NCBI RefSeq assembly: GCF_031412795.1
Contig: NZ_JANODR010000017.1
Location: 64,001-128,000 of the forward strand
Length of the DNA stretch: 64,000 nt
From: Archangium sp.
Lineage (GTDB): Bacteria; Myxococcota; Myxococcia; Myxococcales; Myxococcaceae
Reading direction: 5' to 3'
In this document: piece by piece, positions 36,229 to 46,778 of the stretch
Numbering within the stretch: the first letter of the stretch is position 1
Layout: each line of letters begins with the position of its first letter
The notes under the pieces: model-generated
What the model was told of the DNA's origin: nothing
What the model saw: the letters and a program-made list of their open reading frames with translations, nothing else
Databases searched by the model: none
Translations under genes and position numbers: made by a program

Positions 36229-36573
36229 ATGGCACAGAGCGATCAAACGGGCATCATCGGCAAGGGCATCATCATTCGGGGCAACCTCACCGGCGGTGGG
36301 GACCTGGTCATCGAGGGACGGGTGGAGGGGCAGATCGCCCTGAAGAACCACCTCACCATCGAGGGCACCGGCAAGGTGCAGGCGGACATCCGGGCCGAGG
36401 AGCTGACCATCAACGGCGAGGCGAGCGGCAACATCGACGCCTCGGGCCGCGTGGCCATCAACGCCTCGGCCAAGGTCGCCGGCGACATCAAGGCGCCTCG
36501 CGTGGTCATCGAGGACGGGGCGGTCTTCAACGGGTCCATCGAGATGGACGTGAAGCTGCCGGACGACATCTGA
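36229..36573 (+). CDS. bacN: Bactofilin
   Basis: Beta-helical bactofilin repeat pattern (IEGRVEGQI..IEGTGKVQADI..INGEASGNI..). Symbol assigned from order in the bacN-bacO-bacP-padC arrangement known from M. xanthus. Confidence 0.7.
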   Translation: MAQSDQTGIIGKGIIIRGNLTGGGDLVIEGRVEGQIALKNHLTIEGTGKVQADIRAEELTINGEASGNIDASGRVAINASAKVAGDIKAPRVVIEDGAVFNGSIEMDVKLPDDI

Positions 36574-36622
36574 ACGGGCCCCGCGGCCCGCTTAAACCCT
36601 TCGGGAGGGGTGGACAACACTC

Positions 36623-36949
36623 ATGGCGAATACGGTCATTGGTTCGAGCATTGTCATCGACGGTGAGATCTCCGGCGACGAAGACCTGGTCATCCAGGGC
36701 ACGGTGAAGGGGAAGATCTCCCTCAAGGAGAGCCTCTACGTCGAGGGCAGTGGCGTCGTCGAGGCGGACATCGAGACGCAGAACGTGGAGATCGCCGGTC
36801 GCGTCACGGGCAACATCGCCGCCAGCGACAAGGTGGAGCTCAAGACGGACTGCCGCGTGGTGGGCGACATCAAGGCCCCGCGCATCCTCATCGCCGATGG
36901 TGCCTCCTTCAAGGGCAACGTCGACATGGACATCCCGAAGGAGCGCTGA
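36623..36949 (+). CDS. bacO: Bactofilin
   Basis: Bactofilin repeat pattern. GGGAGGGG lies upstream of the ATG. Confidence 0.7.
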   Translation: MANTVIGSSIVIDGEISGDEDLVIQGTVKGKISLKESLYVEGSGVVEADIETQNVEIAGRVTGNIAASDKVELKTDCRVVGDIKAPRILIADGASFKGNVDMDIPKER

Positions 36950-36952
36950 TCC

Positions 36953-37636
36953 TTGGCCACCGCGAAGGAAATCGGCCCTGGAGCCAACGTGAACAACACC
37001 GTGGTGGGTCAGTCCATCCTCATCAGCGGCAAGCTGACGGGTGACGAAGACCTGACCGTGCGTGGCCGCGTGGAGGGCGAGCTCACGCTGAGCCGCACCC
37101 TCATCGTGGAGCCCACGGGCGTGGTGAAGGCGAACGTGGCGGTGAAGAACGCCATCGTCAGTGGCGTGGTGGTGGGCAACATCAACGCCACCGAGAGCGT
37201 GGAGCTCACCCGCGAGGGCCGCATGGTGGGCGACATCCATGCCCCGCGCGTCATCATCGTTGACGGCGCGAGCTTCCGCGGTCGCGTGGACATGGGTGAG
37301 GTGGAGCCGGGCCGCGTGCCCGCGGATCGTCCGGCGCTGCCGCGTCCGACGGCCGTGCGTCCCGCGATGCGTCCGGGCACCAACGTCCCGGCCCGTCCGG
37401 CGCTGCCCGCCGCGCGTCCCACGCCTCCGGCCGCTCCCGCCCGTCCGGGCACCGGCGCTCCCGCCACCGCGCGTCCGGCGCCCCCGCCCGCTCCCGCTGC
37501 TGGCCGTCCGGCTCCACCGGCTCCGCCCGCGGCGACTCGCCCCGAGCCTCCGAAGCCGCCGGCCGCTGCGCCGGTGCCTCCGACAGTGGCCGAGGGAGCG
37601 CGCAAGAAGGTCGTCGTGAAGAAGAAGGGTCAATAG
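36953..37636 (+). CDS. bacP: Bactofilin with long Pro/Ala-rich C-terminal tail
   Basis: TTG start. Bactofilin core followed by a ~110-aa RP/AP-rich tail, as in M. xanthus BacP. Confidence 0.7.
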   Translation: MATAKEIGPGANVNNTVVGQSILISGKLTGDEDLTVRGRVEGELTLSRTLIVEPTGVVKANVAVKNAIVSGVVVGNINATESVELTREGRMVGDIHAPRVIIVDGASFRGRVDMGEVEPGRVPADRPALPRPTAVRPAMRPGTNVPARPALPAARPTPPAAPARPGTGAPATARPAPPPAPAAGRPAPPAPPAATRPEPPKPPAAAPVPPTVAEGARKKVVVKKKGQ

Positions 37637-37692
37637 TGCGTTGAGGTGGCGCGCTATCTGTCGCGCGCCACCGCACCGCCGTCCGTGACCTG

Positions 37693-38574
37693 ATGAGGGT
37701 CCATTCAGGGGTGCAGATGAACGCCATGAACGCCGAGAACCGAATCGACGAGGTGGACGCACAGCCCAGCACCCCGGGCGAGGAGCCGACCGGGGAGAGC
37801 GCCCCCGGTGCGTCCGACGCGGCTTCCGCCCAGCAGCCCGCTCAGGCAGCTCCCGAGGCGCCCCCGGAGTCCGCACCGGCCGCCGAGGCTTCTTCGGAAG
37901 GTGAGCAGCCCGCCGAGCAGCAGGCGGCCGCTCCCGCCGAGGTTCCGGAGGTCGTCGCGCCGCGCCGCCGTGGGAACGTGGCCCCCGCCCACATCCCGCT
38001 GGAGCGGATCGACGAGGACACCACCTTCCAGATCCGCCCCCTGGGAGAGCTGTCCGCGCTGGCCACGGATCTGGCCCGGCTGGGGCAGCTCTTCCCGGTG
38101 GATGTGCGCTTCAAGCCGCCGGACAGGTTCCAGATCATCTCCGGCTTCCGTCGGGTGGCGGCGCTGCGGTTCCTCAAGAGGGACCGGGTGCTGGCCCGCC
38201 TTCACACGGATCTCTCGGACGAGGACGCGCTGCTGATGGCGCTGGCCTCGGCCATCCATGACGCTCCGGTGAAGCGGGAGCACCTGGAGGCCAAGCGGGC
38301 GCAGCTCGAGACCGCGGGTCGGCTGACGCCCATCGCCCGGGACATGCTGGACAAGGCCCTGGCCGAGGACGACTCGCTCGCACCGGAGACGGTGGACGAG
38401 GAGGTCGACGCGGACGAGCTGGCCGCGGAGGCCACCCAGCGGCTGGTGGACATCAATCAGGACCTGGCGCTGCTGGCGGACGTGTTCGCCGACCTCGATG
38501 AGACGCGGAAGCAGGAGCTGCTCACCCAGCTGCGCTACTCCTCGGACCTCGTGGCCTGGCTGGAGAGCTTGTGA
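37693..38574 (+). CDS. padC: ParB/Srx-like domain protein (PadC-like bactofilin-associated ParA-binding adaptor)
   Basis: Acidic N-terminus, then a ParB-like nuclease-fold segment [16 protein letters not shown]...[25 protein letters not shown]. Lies immediately downstream of three bactofilins. Confidence 0.6.
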   Translation: MRVHSGVQMNAMNAENRIDEVDAQPSTPGEEPTGESAPGASDAASAQQPAQAAPEAPPESAPAAEASSEGEQPAEQQAAAPAEVPEVVAPRRRGNVAPAHIPLERIDEDTTFQIRPLGELSALATDLARLGQLFPVDVRFKPPDRFQIISGFRRVAALRFLKRDRVLARLHTDLSDEDALLMALASAIHDAPVKREHLEAKRAQLETAGRLTPIARDMLDKALAEDDSLAPETVDEEVDADELAAEATQRLVDINQDLALLADVFADLDETRKQELLTQLRYSSDLVAWLESL

Positions 38575-39141
38575 ATGGTGGACGCGCTCGCGCGTGACAG
38601 GGCTCGCCTGCTGGAGGTGCTCACCGAGCGCTCCTTCGAGCGGCGCAAGGTGGTCCTCTCGTCCGGCAAGGAGTCGGACTTCTACATCGACTGCAAGCGC
38701 ACGGCGCTGCTGGCCGAGGGGCACTTCCTCATCGGCCGGCTGCTGCTCCAGGCCGTCCTGCGCGAGGCCCCCCAGGCCATCGCGGTGGGTGGCCTGACGC
38801 TGGGCGCGGACCCCCTTGCCTCGGCCGTCAGCCTGACGAGCTACCTGTCGGGCACGCCGCTGCATGCCTTCATCGTCCGCAAGGAGCCCAAGGGCCATGG
38901 TACAGGTCAGTGGATCGAAGGCATGAAGGCCCTCGCTCCGGGCTCGTCGGTGGCCATCCTCGAGGACGTGGTCACCACGGGCGCCTCCACGCTCAAGGCC
39001 ATCGAGCGGGCGCAACTCGAGGGCCTGAAGGTGCTCGGGGCGTTCGCGCTGGTGGACCGGCTGGAGGGCGGGCGCGAGGCAGTCGAGGCCTCCGGTCACC
39101 GGCTCTTCACCCTGTACACCCGCAAGGACTTCATTCCATGA
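38575..39141 (+). CDS. pyrE: Orotate phosphoribosyltransferase
   Basis: PRPP-binding motif VAILEDVVTTGAS. The ATG abuts the padC stop. Confidence 0.85.
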   Translation: MVDALARDRARLLEVLTERSFERRKVVLSSGKESDFYIDCKRTALLAEGHFLIGRLLLQAVLREAPQAIAVGGLTLGADPLASAVSLTSYLSGTPLHAFIVRKEPKGHGTGQWIEGMKALAPGSSVAILEDVVTTGASTLKAIERAQLEGLKVLGAFALVDRLEGGREAVEASGHRLFTLYTRKDFIP

Positions 39142-39767
39142 AGAAGCAGTTGCGGCTCGCGGCGCTGGTGTTGGCGCTCGCGGGCTGTGTCTCCACGCCC
39201 CCCACCCTGGGGGAGCCGCCCCCTGCGCTCAAGGACGAGCGGCAGGAACTCGCCTACCAGGAGGTGTTGGAGCGTTATACGGCACGCGACGAGCTCTACG
39301 CCGGTTTCGACACGGTGCTCTTCGCGGCGGCCACGCTGCAGACGCCGGCCTTCCGCGAGGCCCGGGTTCAGCGCGAGGCCACCTTCAAGGCGCTCGGGAA
39401 GGATCGGGTGACGGAGATCCTCACGCGCGAGCTGGCGGAGGCGGTGAAGACGCACGAGTTCTTCCTCGGCGTCCACGTCTTCAACTACCGCTACGATGAC
39501 TTCGATCGCTCCTCGTCCATCTGGAACATGGTGCTGGTGACGCCCACGGGTGAGGTCCGGCCCGTGAGTGTGGAGCGGGTGGGCCGGGCGGACATGGAGC
39601 TGCGCGCCTTCTACCCGTACCTGGGCACCTTCTGGGTGGGCTACCGCGTGCGCTTCCCCACCACGTTCGCGGACGGCAAGGCCGTCATCCCCCCCAACAC
39701 CGAGCGCGTGGTGCTGCGCATGGCCTCCTCGCTCGGCAGGGTGGAGATGCGCGTCCACGCGCGCTAG
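39138..39767 (+). CDS. Lipoprotein of unknown function
   Basis: MKKQLRLAALVLALAGC lipobox. ATGA overlap with pyrE. Confidence 0.6.
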   Translation: MKKQLRLAALVLALAGCVSTPPTLGEPPPALKDERQELAYQEVLERYTARDELYAGFDTVLFAAATLQTPAFREARVQREATFKALGKDRVTEILTRELAEAVKTHEFFLGVHVFNYRYDDFDRSSSIWNMVLVTPTGEVRPVSVERVGRADMELRAFYPYLGTFWVGYRVRFPTTFADGKAVIPPNTERVVLRMASSLGRVEMRVHAR

Positions 39768-39773
39768 CGCGGC

Positions 39774-40367
39774 TCAGGTCTGCTCGGGGCTCAGCCTGGG
39801 CGTGGCCGGCGAGAGCGGCTGCCCGGCCTTCTGGAGGGTCTCCAGCAGCGAGGCCGGCGACGGATCGCACGCGAAGGGCTGGGCGCTGGCCTCGGCGATG
39901 AAGCCCTCGTCCACCGCGCGCTTCATCATCGCCAGCAGCGGGGCGAAGTAGTTCGCCACGTTGAGCAGGCCGATGGGCTTGTGGTGGATGCCGAGCTGGG
40001 CCCAGGTGGTCACCTCGAAGAGCTCCTCGAAGGTGCCGATGCCGCCGGGCATGGCGATGAAGGCATCCGCGCGCTCGGCCATCATCGCCTTGCGCGTGTG
40101 CATGGAGTCCACCAGGTGCAGCTCGGTGAGGCCCAGGTGGGCGATCTCCCGATCGCTCAGCACCCGGGGAAGGATGCCCACCACCTTGCCGCCTCCGAGG
40201 AGGACCTCGTCCGCCATGGCGCCCATCAGGCCCATGGTGGTGCCGCCGTAGACGAGGGTGATTCCCCGGCGCGCGAGCTCCGCGCCCAGGGCCCTGGCCC
40301 CCTTGAGGTATTCCGGACGGGCGCCCATCCGCGAGCCACAGAAGACACAGACCGACTTGAGTTCCAT
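39774..40367 (-). CDS. LOG-family nucleotide 5'-monophosphate nucleosidase (TIGR00730)
   Basis: VCVFCGS...GGxxGLMG...PGGxGTxEE motifs. Confidence 0.8.
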   Translation of the reverse strand: MELKSVCVFCGSRMGARPEYLKGARALGAELARRGITLVYGGTTMGLMGAMADEVLLGGGKVVGILPRVLSDREIAHLGLTELHLVDSMHTRKAMMAERADAFIAMPGGIGTFEELFEVTTWAQLGIHHKPIGLLNVANYFAPLLAMMKRAVDEGFIAEASAQPFACDPSPASLLETLQKAGQPLSPATPRLSPEQT

Positions 40368-41114
40368 CTACGGGACTCCCCTGAAGCGTTCCGGGTTGGC
40401 GGCGATGTAGACCACGGCCGCGGCGATGACGAGCAGCATCGGCGCCGCCCGAGCGAAGACGCGAGGCCCTCCGCGCAGGGCGATGCCCATGGGCACGCCA
40501 AAGAGGAAGCCTCCGAGGTGCCCGGCCCAGCTCACTCCCGGCAGGAGGCTGAGCACGGCCACCTGGGCCAGCCAGAAGAGGAGGCTGCGGCGGAACTCCT
40601 TCGTGGCGACGACGAACATGGCCCCGCCCCAGCCGAGGATCATCCCCGAGGCCCCCACCATGGGGATGTCGAAGTCGAAGAGGAGCGCGAAGGCCGAGGC
40701 ACCCAGGGTGGAGACGAGCGAGAGCAGCACCATGCGCCCACTGCCGATGGAGCGCTCCAGGGGCATGCCCAGCGAGTACGCCACGGACATGTTGAAGAGC
40801 AGGTGGATGGGGCCGCCGTGCGCGAGCGCGCAGGAGAGCACGCGCCAGTACTGGCCCGCCTGGACGAGGGGCCCGTAGAGGGCGATCTGCTGGAAGACGG
40901 GCCCCAGGCTCCCGCTGAGCAGCGAGCCCTGGCCTCCCCGCAGGAAAGCATCCAGCACGAAGAGGGCCACCGAGCCACCGATGACGGCCGCGCACACGGG
41001 CGGCCAGGGCTGGCGCACGGGTGGGGCAGGGGGCCCTTCGGGGCGCTCGGGCTCCCGAGGGCGCTCGGGCCCGGGTGGCTCCAGGGTGTTGCGCGGGTCG
41101 GTGGGGTAGGTCAT
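40368..41114 (-). CDS. Rhomboid-family intramembrane serine protease
   Basis: GASGMILG (GxSG) and AHLGG catalytic His. Six TM helices. Stop directly abuts the LOG start. Confidence 0.8.
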   Translation of the reverse strand: MTYPTDPRNTLEPPGPERPREPERPEGPPAPPVRQPWPPVCAAVIGGSVALFVLDAFLRGGQGSLLSGSLGPVFQQIALYGPLVQAGQYWRVLSCALAHGGPIHLLFNMSVAYSLGMPLERSIGSGRMVLLSLVSTLGASAFALLFDFDIPMVGASGMILGWGGAMFVVATKEFRRSLLFWLAQVAVLSLLPGVSWAGHLGGFLFGVPMGIALRGGPRVFARAAPMLLVIAAAVVYIAANPERFRGVP

Positions 41115-41121
41115 CCGGCGC

Positions 41122-42711
<1,590 letters not shown>

Positions 42712-42798
42712 GTGTCAGAGCCTTAATGGCTGTAAGTGCCGGAAACAAGGCGATTTCTTGAGGACTTTCGGCTGGGCGTCTAAGGTTGGGGGGCCGAT

Positions 42799-43488
42799 AT
42801 GAGACCCGCTCCCTTCCTCCTGCTCTCCGCCCTGTTGCTTGCCCCCCTGGGCGCCTCCGCGTCCGAAGGCATCTACAGGTACGAGGAGAAGGACGGGACG
42901 ATCGTCTACACCAACGTTCCGCCGCCGGGCGCGAAGAAAGCCAACAAGCTCAAGGGCACCTTCTCCGAGGCGCCCGCGCCTACCGCGCCCGTGAAGGGCC
43001 GCTCGCGCACGCCGCAGGAGCTCGAGCCGTACATCGTGAAGGCCGCCGAGCGCTACCGCATCCCCACCGCGCTGGTGCGGGCCATCATGCACACGGAGAG
43101 CAACTTCAACTCCACGGCGCTGTCTCCCAAGGGCGCCAGCGGGTTGATGCAGCTCATGCCGGGGACGGCCTCGGAGATGTACGTGAAGGACATCTTCGAC
43201 ACCCGGGAGAACATCGAGGGTGGGGTGCGCTACCTGCGGGTGCTGGCCAACCTCTTCGACGGCGACATGACGAAGATGGTGGCCGCGTACAACGCGGGCC
43301 CGGACGCCGTGCGCAAGTACAAGGGGCAGGTGCCGCCGTACCCGGAGACTCAGGCGTACGTCCGCAAGGTGCTCCAGCTCTACTTCCATTATAAAGAGCG
43401 CGAACAGCTCTCGAAGGACGAGCCTCGCGGGACGGATTCCGATGGCGACGACGCGCGTGACGGGGCGGGGGCAGAAAAGCCCCGTTGA
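42799..43488 (+). CDS. Lytic transglycosylase (SLT domain) with DUF4124-like N-terminus
   Basis: IMHTESNFNSTALSPKGASGLMQLMPGTA catalytic motif. Signal peptide. Confidence 0.8.
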   Translation: MRPAPFLLLSALLLAPLGASASEGIYRYEEKDGTIVYTNVPPPGAKKANKLKGTFSEAPAPTAPVKGRSRTPQELEPYIVKAAERYRIPTALVRAIMHTESNFNSTALSPKGASGLMQLMPGTASEMYVKDIFDTRENIEGGVRYLRVLANLFDGDMTKMVAAYNAGPDAVRKYKGQVPPYPETQAYVRKVLQLYFHYKEREQLSKDEPRGTDSDGDDARDGAGAEKPR

Positions 43489-44896
43489 CGAGGAGTTCCT
43501 CAAACACCTCTACCGGGGAGGCGAGCTGCTGGCGCAGGGCAATGCGGGCGAGGCTCGGAGCTTCCTGGAGCGCGCCCACCAGCTTCAGCCGCGCAACGAG
43601 AAGGGCCGCAACCTGCTGGGGCTGGCTTATTTCAAGCTGGGCCTGTTCGATCGGGCGGCGGAGCTCTACGAGGCGCTGGTGCGCGACAACCCGGTGGACG
43701 CCACGCTGCGCGTCAACCTGGGACTGGTGTACCTGAAGACGAACGCCCTCCAGCGCGCGATGCGCGAGTTCGAGACGGCGACGGACCTCCAGCCGGACCA
43801 CAAGAAGGCGCACAACTACCTGGGGCTCGCGCTGGCGCAGGCCGGGGAGTACGGCCGGGCCCGCCAGCACTTCCTCCAGGCCGGCAGCGAGGTCATGGCC
43901 GACAAGATGGCCCGGGCCATCGCGGGAGAGCGGTTCGCCAAACCCGCTCCCGTCCGGCCCTCGCTGACGCAGCTGCCCGCGGTCCCCGCGCGCCCGGCCA
44001 CGGGAGGCGAGAGCCAGTGGGGCACCCAGTTCGGCCTGGACGAGCGCCCCTCCGATGCCCCTCCGCCCCCTGCCGCCGAGGAGGACCAGGAGATGCGGTT
44101 CGCCGAGGACGAGGGGCCGGGGACCTACTCGGGGGAGGCCACGGACAACGCCCAGGCGTACACCGAGGCGTCGAGCGAGCCTCGGCCCGAGGTGTCGCTG
44201 GAGGAGGCCCTTCCCGAGCTGCCGGCGAGGATCGCGGCCATCCGGCCGGGCTCGGAGGTGCCGATGCTGGCCGAGCTGACCCCGGCGGTGGCGCTGGCGG
44301 GGGCGAGCCGGACCAACCCCTTCCGGGCGGGCCATGGCCACTTCTCCGCCTTCGTGGAGGGCGAGCTGCTCACCCGGCTGGAGGGGTTGGTGGCGTACTC
44401 CGGGTCCCTCCAGTTCCAGCCGGAGCCCAAGCGCGTCCGGGGCCGGGCCTCGGAGCAGCCCTTCGGGCAGGGCGCGGGGCAACTGGTGCGCGCGAGCGGC
44501 CAGGGGGTGCTCTTCCTCGAGGCGTCGCCGGCGCGTTCCTTCCTGGCGGTGGACCTGGGCGACGAGGGGGCCTACGTGCGCGAGGAGTTCCTCTTCGCCT
44601 TCGAGGAGGCGGTGGCCTTCGAGAATGGCAAGGTGCCCTCGGACGTGGCGCCGGACCTGGACCTGGTGCACCTGCGCGGGCAGGGGAGGGTGGTGCTGAG
44701 CCTCTCCGGGACGCTGCGCTCGGTGGCCGTGGCCCAGGAGGCGCCGGTGACGGTGCCGCTGTCCCACCTGGTGGGCTGGCAGGGCAAGGTCACCCCTCGG
44801 GTGGTGTCACTCCCCACGGCGGAGGGCGAGTCGCCCCGTGTCGCCGTGGAACTGAGCGGTGAAGGATTTGCCCTCATCGCGTTGCCAGTCCGGTAG
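43442..44896 (+). CDS. TPR-repeat protein fused to C-terminal AIM24-like (DUF124) domain
   Basis: N-terminal TPRs (LGLAYFKLGLFDRAAELYEALVRDNP...). C-terminal ~200 aa with an AIM24-like pattern (LRGQGRVVLSLSGTL...LVGWQGKV). Start uncertain; the chosen start overlaps the SLT gene by 47 nt. Confidence 0.55.
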   Translation: MATTRVTGRGQKSPVDEEFLKHLYRGGELLAQGNAGEARSFLERAHQLQPRNEKGRNLLGLAYFKLGLFDRAAELYEALVRDNPVDATLRVNLGLVYLKTNALQRAMREFETATDLQPDHKKAHNYLGLALAQAGEYGRARQHFLQAGSEVMADKMARAIAGERFAKPAPVRPSLTQLPAVPARPATGGESQWGTQFGLDERPSDAPPPPAAEEDQEMRFAEDEGPGTYSGEATDNAQAYTEASSEPRPEVSLEEALPELPARIAAIRPGSEVPMLAELTPAVALAGASRTNPFRAGHGHFSAFVEGELLTRLEGLVAYSGSLQFQPEPKRVRGRASEQPFGQGAGQLVRASGQGVLFLEASPARSFLAVDLGDEGAYVREEFLFAFEEAVAFENGKVPSDVAPDLDLVHLRGQGRVVLSLSGTLRSVAVAQEAPVTVPLSHLVGWQGKVTPRVVSLPTAEGESPRVAVELSGEGFALIALPVR

Positions 44897-44907
44897 AAGG
44901 CGCCTTC

Positions 44908-45597
44908 ATGGATCGAGCTGAGCGGGCTTTGCGGAAGCAGCGGAAGAAGGAGGAGCGGGCGCGGAAGCGGGCGGAGCGCCAGCCGAGCGTGCTCGTCCAG
45001 GAGTTCTGGAACCTCCCCAACATGCTGACGCTGGGGCGGATCTTCCTCATCCCCGTCTTCGTGTGGCTCACCTACGACGCGGATCCGCTCTCCTCGCTGC
45101 TGGCGGCGGCGGTGTTCGCCGTGGCCTCCATCACGGACGTGGTGGACGGCTACCTGGCGCGCCGGTGGAACCTCATCACCGTGGTGGGCAAGTTCATGGA
45201 CCCGCTGGCCGACAAGCTCATCGCCATGGCGGCCCTGGTGATGATGGTGCGGCTGGGGCGCATCGCCGCCTGGGTGGTCATCGTGCTGCTGGCGCGCGAG
45301 TTCATCGTCAGCGGCCTGCGCACCATCGCGGCGAGCGAGGGCATGGTCATCGCCGCCGGGCAGGAGGGCAAGTGGAAGACCTCGCTGCAGCTGGTGGGCA
45401 TCATCTCCCTGTGCGTGCACTACGAGCACGTCATCGACTGGGGCCTCTACGCGGCGCCCGTGGACTTCAACAAGGTGGGCCAGCTGTTGGTGTACTTGTC
45501 GGGGGCGTTCTCGGTGTGGAGTGCCGTCGTGTACTTCCGCGCCTTCCTCTCCATGCTGGCCAGACGGGGGAGCGGAGCGGACGCACAGAAGGCTTGA
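44908..45597 (+). CDS. pgsA: CDP-alcohol phosphatidyltransferase (phosphatidylglycerophosphate synthase-like)
   Basis: NMLTLGRIFLIPVF...DVVDGYLARRWN...GKFMDPLADKL CDP-OH transferase motif. Confidence 0.8.
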   Translation: MDRAERALRKQRKKEERARKRAERQPSVLVQEFWNLPNMLTLGRIFLIPVFVWLTYDADPLSSLLAAAVFAVASITDVVDGYLARRWNLITVVGKFMDPLADKLIAMAALVMMVRLGRIAAWVVIVLLAREFIVSGLRTIAASEGMVIAAGQEGKWKTSLQLVGIISLCVHYEHVIDWGLYAAPVDFNKVGQLLVYLSGAFSVWSAVVYFRAFLSMLARRGSGADAQKA

Positions 45598-45680
45598 CGC
45601 GTCTGGGACCGGACGGTATATCCCCCCTCGCTTTCGACGTCGCCGCGAGGCGGCGCCGACGGCAATCAAGAGTCGAGAGA

Positions 45681-45755
45681 CGCGGGAATAGCTCAGTGGT
45701 AGAGCATCGCCTTGCCAAGGCGAGGGTCGAGGGTTCAAATCCCTTTTCCCGCTCC
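45681..45755 (+). tRNA. tRNA-Gly (anticodon GCC), CCA encoded
   Basis: GCGGGAATAGCTCAGTGGTAGAGCATCGCCTTGCCAAGGCGAGGGTCGAGGGTTCAAATCCCTTTTCCCGCTCCA folds as a cloverleaf. Anticodon loop TTGCCAA. Confidence 0.9.
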
Positions 45756-45769
45756 AAACTCCGACCTGA

Positions 45770-45844
45770 TGCGGGAATAGCTCAGTGGTAGAGCATCGCC
45801 TTGCCAAGGCGAGGGTCGAGGGTTCAAATCCCTTTTCCCGCTCC
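45770..45844 (+). tRNA. tRNA-Gly (anticodon GCC), identical second copy
   Basis: Exact duplicate lying 14 nt downstream of the first copy. Confidence 0.9.
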
Positions 45845-45850
45845 AATCCG

Positions 45851-45886
45851 AAGGCCCTCTGGGAAACCAGGGGGCCTTTGTTTTTT
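45851..45886 (+). terminator. Rho-independent terminator after the tRNA-Gly pair
   Basis: AGGCCCTCTGG-gaaa-CCAGGGGGCCT stem (one G-U pair) followed by TTTGTTTTTT. Confidence 0.6.
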
Positions 45887-45998
45887 CCGGCTCCCCCCTC
45901 CTGACGCCTCCCTGGAGGGCGGACGGGCGAGCCCGACGGGGCGCGGCCGGTGGCTGTCCTCGCCTCGGGGCGCGGCTTTGCTGTATGGATAGCCCCGC

Positions 45999-46778
45999 AT
46001 GATTCGCCATTTCCGGGAGCTCTACCAGTACCGGGGGCTCCTGCTCAGCCTGGTCCAGCGCGAGTTGAAGGCACGCTACCGTGGCTCGGTGCTGGGGTTC
46101 TTCTGGACGTTCCTCAACCCCACGCTGCACATGCTGGTGTACTGGCTGCTGTTCGGCGTGATCTCCAAGAACCGGGTGGAGAACTACCCCTTCTTCATGT
46201 TCGTGGGGTTGCTGCCGTGGATGTGGTTCTCCACGTCCGTGAACGGCGGGGCCAGTGCCATCAGTGACCGGCGCGACCTGATGACCAAGGTGCGCTTCCC
46301 GGCCCAGGTGCTGCCGGCCACGGTGGTGACCACCAACCTGTGCAACTTCGTCTTCTCGCTGCCCCTGCTGCTGGTGATGGGCATCATCTTCGGCGTCTGG
46401 CCCACCTGGCACATCGTGGCCTTCCCGCTGGTGGTGCTCACGCAGCTCTGTTTCACCCTGGCGGTGGTGTACGTCGTCTCCGCGCTCAACGTCACCTTCA
46501 GGGACCTGCAGCACATCATCACCAACCTGATGATGATGTGGTTCTTCATCACGCCGGTGCTCTACCAGTCGTCCTCCATTCCCGAGAAGTACCGGCTGGT
46601 GATGTCGCTGGCCAACCCCATGGCCATCCTCATGACCTCGTACCAGGCCATGTTCTACGAGCACCGCCTGCCGGACGCGGTGCCGCTGCTGGGCCTGCTG
46701 GTGGCGTCCGGGGTGTTGCTCTGGGGAGCCTCGCAGCTCTTCGAGAGCCGTCGTGAGGAGTTCGCGGAGTCCATCTAG
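45999..46778 (+). CDS. wzm: ABC-2 type polysaccharide/O-antigen export permease
   Basis: Six-TM ABC-2 permease with the N-terminal ELKARYRGSVLGFFWTFLNP motif. Confidence 0.8.
   Translation: MIRHFRELYQYRGLLLSLVQRELKARYRGSVLGFFWTFLNPTLHMLVYWLLFGVISKNRVENYPFFMFVGLLPWMWFSTSVNGGASAISDRRDLMTKVRFPAQVLPATVVTTNLCNFVFSLPLLLVMGIIFGVWPTWHIVAFPLVVLTQLCFTLAVVYVVSALNVTFRDLQHIITNLMMMWFFITPVLYQSSSIPEKYRLVMSLANPMAILMTSYQAMFYEHRLPDAVPLLGLLVASGVLLWGASQLFESRREEFAESI

Noticed and set aside
37310-37600. Pro/Ala/Arg-rich repetitive DNA that might suggest CRISPR-like or other non-coding repeats
   Set aside because: It is the in-frame low-complexity C-terminal tail of the BacP-like bactofilin. There are no spacer-repeat periodicities, and nothing CRISPR-like appears anywhere in the window.
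45681-45846. Two identical 25-aa minus-strand ORFs (MEREKGFEPSTLALARRC...)
   Set aside because: These are translations of the antisense of the duplicated tRNA-Gly genes.
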